A stretch of DNA of 64,000 nucleotides from positions 80,255 through 144,254 of the forward strand of contig JANLIT010000002.1 of assembly GCA_024653945.1 (NCBI GenBank), written 5' to 3'. Shown here one piece after another: positions 61,750-64,000 of this stretch. Origin of the DNA: Candidatus Campbellbacteria bacterium (GTDB lineage Bacteria; Patescibacteriota; Minisyncoccia; Phycocordibacterales; EsbW-18). Both the position numbers and the translations under genes were made by a program. The notes below the pieces were generated by a model. The model was not told the DNA's origin. It was given only the letters and a program-made list of their open reading frames with translations, and did no database searches. Numbering within the stretch: position 1 is the first letter of the stretch; each line of letters opens with the position of its first letter.

Positions 61750-63465
61750 TTAGATTTCAGGTGTTGGTGGTGCAGCTTTTTCTTCGGTTGTTAAATCCAC
61801 CACACGCTCAATTTCCTCAAGTGTTGTTTTGCCTTCAAGGACTTTCATAACACCATCTTGAGCCAGTGTGAGAAGACCTTGAAGGTCCGCAGCTTTTCTA
61901 ATTTCACGTTCAGATGGTGAGGATTCAATAATGTCTTCAATTGCGGCGTTCACGATAATTCCTTCATACAAACCCATACGACCCTTATATCCAAGGCCGT
62001 TGCATGCCTCACAGCCACCCTCTCCTGCATGCCACACACGTTCTCGTTGTAGGCTTGCTATTTTACTTGTATCAACAACGGTTCCGAGAACGGCATCAAT
62101 TTTTTCTTTTTCAACACCCTCGAGAGGTACTTCTTTTTTACATTTTTCACAGAGTATTCGCACAAGTCGTTGTGCAAGTGCAAGTGTAAGAGCAGAACCT
62201 AAAATACGAGGATTGATTCCAATGTCGATAAGTCGTGTGAACGCTCCAGCAGCAGAGTTGGTGTGGAGTGTTGAGAACACAAGGTGACCGGTGAGTGCGG
62301 CGTGAATGGCAATTTCCGCAGTTTCATTGTCTCGAATTTCACCCACCATGATGATGTCAGGGTCTTGTCGAAGGGCCGCACGTAGTCCGCTTTGAAATGT
62401 GTAATCGTGCCCACTATCAACCTGCGTTTGGACGACACCCTTCAAGTGATACTCGATTGGGTCTTCAATGGTGATAATTTTGATATCGGGCGTGTGTACT
62501 TTTTTGAGGAATGCGTACAGTGTCGTTGTTTTTCCTGAACCCGTTGGACCAGTAGTGAGAATAAGTCCATTTGGTTTGGCAATTGCAGCGGTTATAATTG
62601 CAAACAAATCATCGCGCATACCAAGCCTTTCAATAGACACAGAGATTGAGTCAGGGTTTAAAATACGCATTACGATAGACTCACCATATTGACCAGGAAG
62701 AATTGATGTACGAATTTCAATACTGATATCTTTAAAATTGATACTAAAACGACCGTCCTGTGCCTCGTTTTGTACGTTGAGCTTGAGGGTTGAGAGAAGT
62801 TTAAAACGTGAAAGTACAAGGTGATATGTTTCCGAATCAATCGTTGCCACATCGGCGAGCACACCGTCCACTCGCATACGAACACGAACATCTTTTTCCT
62901 CGGGTTCTATGTGGATGTCGGATGCTTTTGTTGCAAGGGCACTCGAAAGAAGTACTTCAATAATTCGTGAAATACGGTGTGTCTTTTGCATGGCGAGTGC
63001 TTCCACAAAGAGTTTTTTGATGTCTTCAAGATGTCGTACTTGTGCAACAAGCGCGGTCATGTCTTCAGATCCAATATCGAGCATTCCCTTTTTGCTTCCC
63101 GCTGTGTATGAAAGATCTTTATATCTGTCCCACACAAATGCAAGGCTGTGTGTTGAGGTAAGAGAGAGTGTCGGAGTGAACCCACGACTCTCAAGCTCGG
63201 CAAGAACTGTTTTTGTTGCTGGATTTTCTGGTGCGTGTACCGCCACACTGAGCGCTTTTCCTGTGAGTCCAAACGCAGCAATCATCCCTTCGCGCGCCGA
63301 TTTTTCTGGAATGATAATAAGCGCGTCTGGATTAATTGGAGAAGAGGTGAGGTCAATGTACGGTATAGAATATTTATTTGAAAGCATGTGCATCAAATCC
63401 TCCTCCTCTTGTTCGCGGAGTTGCTCGAACTTTTTATTTTGTTTGTCTTCGTCAAAGGTAATCAT
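61750..63465 (-). CDS. pilB: Type IV pilus assembly ATPase PilB / GspE family
   Basis: N-terminal GSPII_E_N domain, Walker A TGPTGSGKTTTL, Asp box, His box, and the tetracysteine CEKC...CEAC motif. Confidence 0.85.
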   Translation of the reverse strand: MITFDEDKQNKKFEQLREQEEEDLMHMLSNKYSIPYIDLTSSPINPDALIIIPEKSAREGMIAAFGLTGKALSVAVHAPENPATKTVLAELESRGFTPTLSLTSTHSLAFVWDRYKDLSYTAGSKKGMLDIGSEDMTALVAQVRHLEDIKKLFVEALAMQKTHRISRIIEVLLSSALATKASDIHIEPEEKDVRVRMRVDGVLADVATIDSETYHLVLSRFKLLSTLKLNVQNEAQDGRFSINFKDISIEIRTSILPGQYGESIVMRILNPDSISVSIERLGMRDDLFAIITAAIAKPNGLILTTGPTGSGKTTTLYAFLKKVHTPDIKIITIEDPIEYHLKGVVQTQVDSGHDYTFQSGLRAALRQDPDIIMVGEIRDNETAEIAIHAALTGHLVFSTLHTNSAAGAFTRLIDIGINPRILGSALTLALAQRLVRILCEKCKKEVPLEGVEKEKIDAVLGTVVDTSKIASLQRERVWHAGEGGCEACNGLGYKGRMGLYEGIIVNAAIEDIIESSPSEREIRKAADLQGLLTLAQDGVMKVLEGKTTLEEIERVVDLTTEEKAAPPTPEI

Positions 63466-63665
63466 TACCTATAGTTTACCCCGTGAGATACACACTGACT
63501 ATACCTTGTGTGGCTTATGACTCGTACACACTCTTTAAAACGCTTTCAACAACATGCAAATAAAATATCTCACGGGGCGTACCTGGGTATCATGTCGTAG
63601 AAAGTACACCATATTCCCACCCTTCATCAATGAGTGAGTATTTTTGGGGGTGGTACAATAGGGTC

Positions 63666-64000
63666 ATGAAAAGGGTGGAATGCCAGTCGCTGGATGAGGT
63701 GGGCAAGCTCGCACGAGCTTTTTTGGGTACCCTTGTGTCTAGGGAAGATGGGGCAACACTTGTCATCTTAAAAGGGGATCTTGGTGCGGGTAAAACCGCA
63801 TTTGTAAAAGAAACGGCGCGATTGCTCGGCATTACGGAACACGTAACAAGTCCGACGTTTGTTATTGAAAAACGCTACACACTTCCTTCCGGCTTACTAC
63901 CTACTACTTCCTACTTTCGCTCCCTCGTCCACATCGATGCATACAGGATGGAAAGTGCACATGAGCTCGAGGTGCTTGGGTGGCAAGAACTTTTGAAAGA
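63666..64000 (+). CDS. tsaE: tRNA threonylcarbamoyladenosine biosynthesis protein TsaE (5' part; continues beyond the window) with an in-frame low-complexity insertion
   Basis: P-loop GDLGAGKT, then TSPTFVIEKRY. An insert GLLPTTSYFRS is encoded by GGCTTACTACCTACTACTTCCTACTTTCGC (63891-63920) before the conserved HIDAYRM. Confidence 0.65.
   Translation, partial: MKRVECQSLDEVGKLARAFLGTLVSREDGATLVILKGDLGAGKTAFVKETARLLGITEHVTSPTFVIEKRYTLPSGLLPTTSYFRSLVHIDAYRMESAHELEVLGWQELLK

Noticed and set aside
63590-63832. Minus-strand 80-aa ORF at the 5' end of tsaE
   Set aside because: It is antisense to the well-supported tsaE start (P-loop GDLGAGKT) and to the pilB upstream region.

Overview
This 64 kb window looks like a small, gene-dense bacterial chromosome segment of the Patescibacteria/CPR type. 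That assignment is an inference from gene content: ORF6N, DUF378, four-helix-bundle protein, PrgI/VirB4/VirB6-like genes, TfoX, ComM, PilB and many tiny membrane proteins. The window spans the replication-origin neighbourhood: yidC-rnpA-rpmH on the minus strand, then dnaA-dnaN on the plus strand with an AT-rich intergenic region carrying DnaA-box-like 9-mers. It also contains a tRNA cluster (Gly-TCC, Pro-GGG, Gly-GCC, Arg-TCG) and housekeeping genes (rny 3' end, hup, cca, xth, a tyrosine recombinase, rpsO, pnp, comM, pcrA, rsmA, a class A PBP, tyrS, ruvC, ruvB, yebC, pilB, tsaE 5' end). A roughly 14 kb type-IV-secretion-like cluster sits at 33981-48425: a large surface protein, a VirB6-like polytopic protein, a PrgI-like protein, a VirB4 ATPase split into two ORFs, and a pilin-like protein fused to a Cys/His-rich domain. 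No relaxase or VirD4 is present in the window. The most unusual property is the density of short repeat families and their intimate association with coding sequence. There is a MITE-like inverted-repeat element (termini CCCGTTAGAG/CTCTAACGGG) with A/T-rich flanking direct repeats, and several copies abut or supply the ATG of minus-strand genes. There is a two-hairpin 46-bp repeat with three copies at gene 3' ends. The same 15-nt CTACTTACTACTTAC motif encodes the last four codons and stop of both xth and yidC. There are in-frame low-complexity insertions in pcrA and tsaE that match an intergenic 14-mer. There are five copies of a 14-bp palindrome, GTTTCACGTGAAAC, inside and upstream of a YraN-like gene. 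A 26-bp inverted pair with a perfect 20-bp GC palindrome brackets a 4.8 kb tRNA/HNH/TfoX/cca segment. Duplicated promoter-plus-leader cassettes drive two paralogous 61-62 aa membrane proteins. Several candidate structured RNAs lack identification. Every functional call rests on remembered family motifs, not on a database search. No CRISPR array or rRNA was seen.
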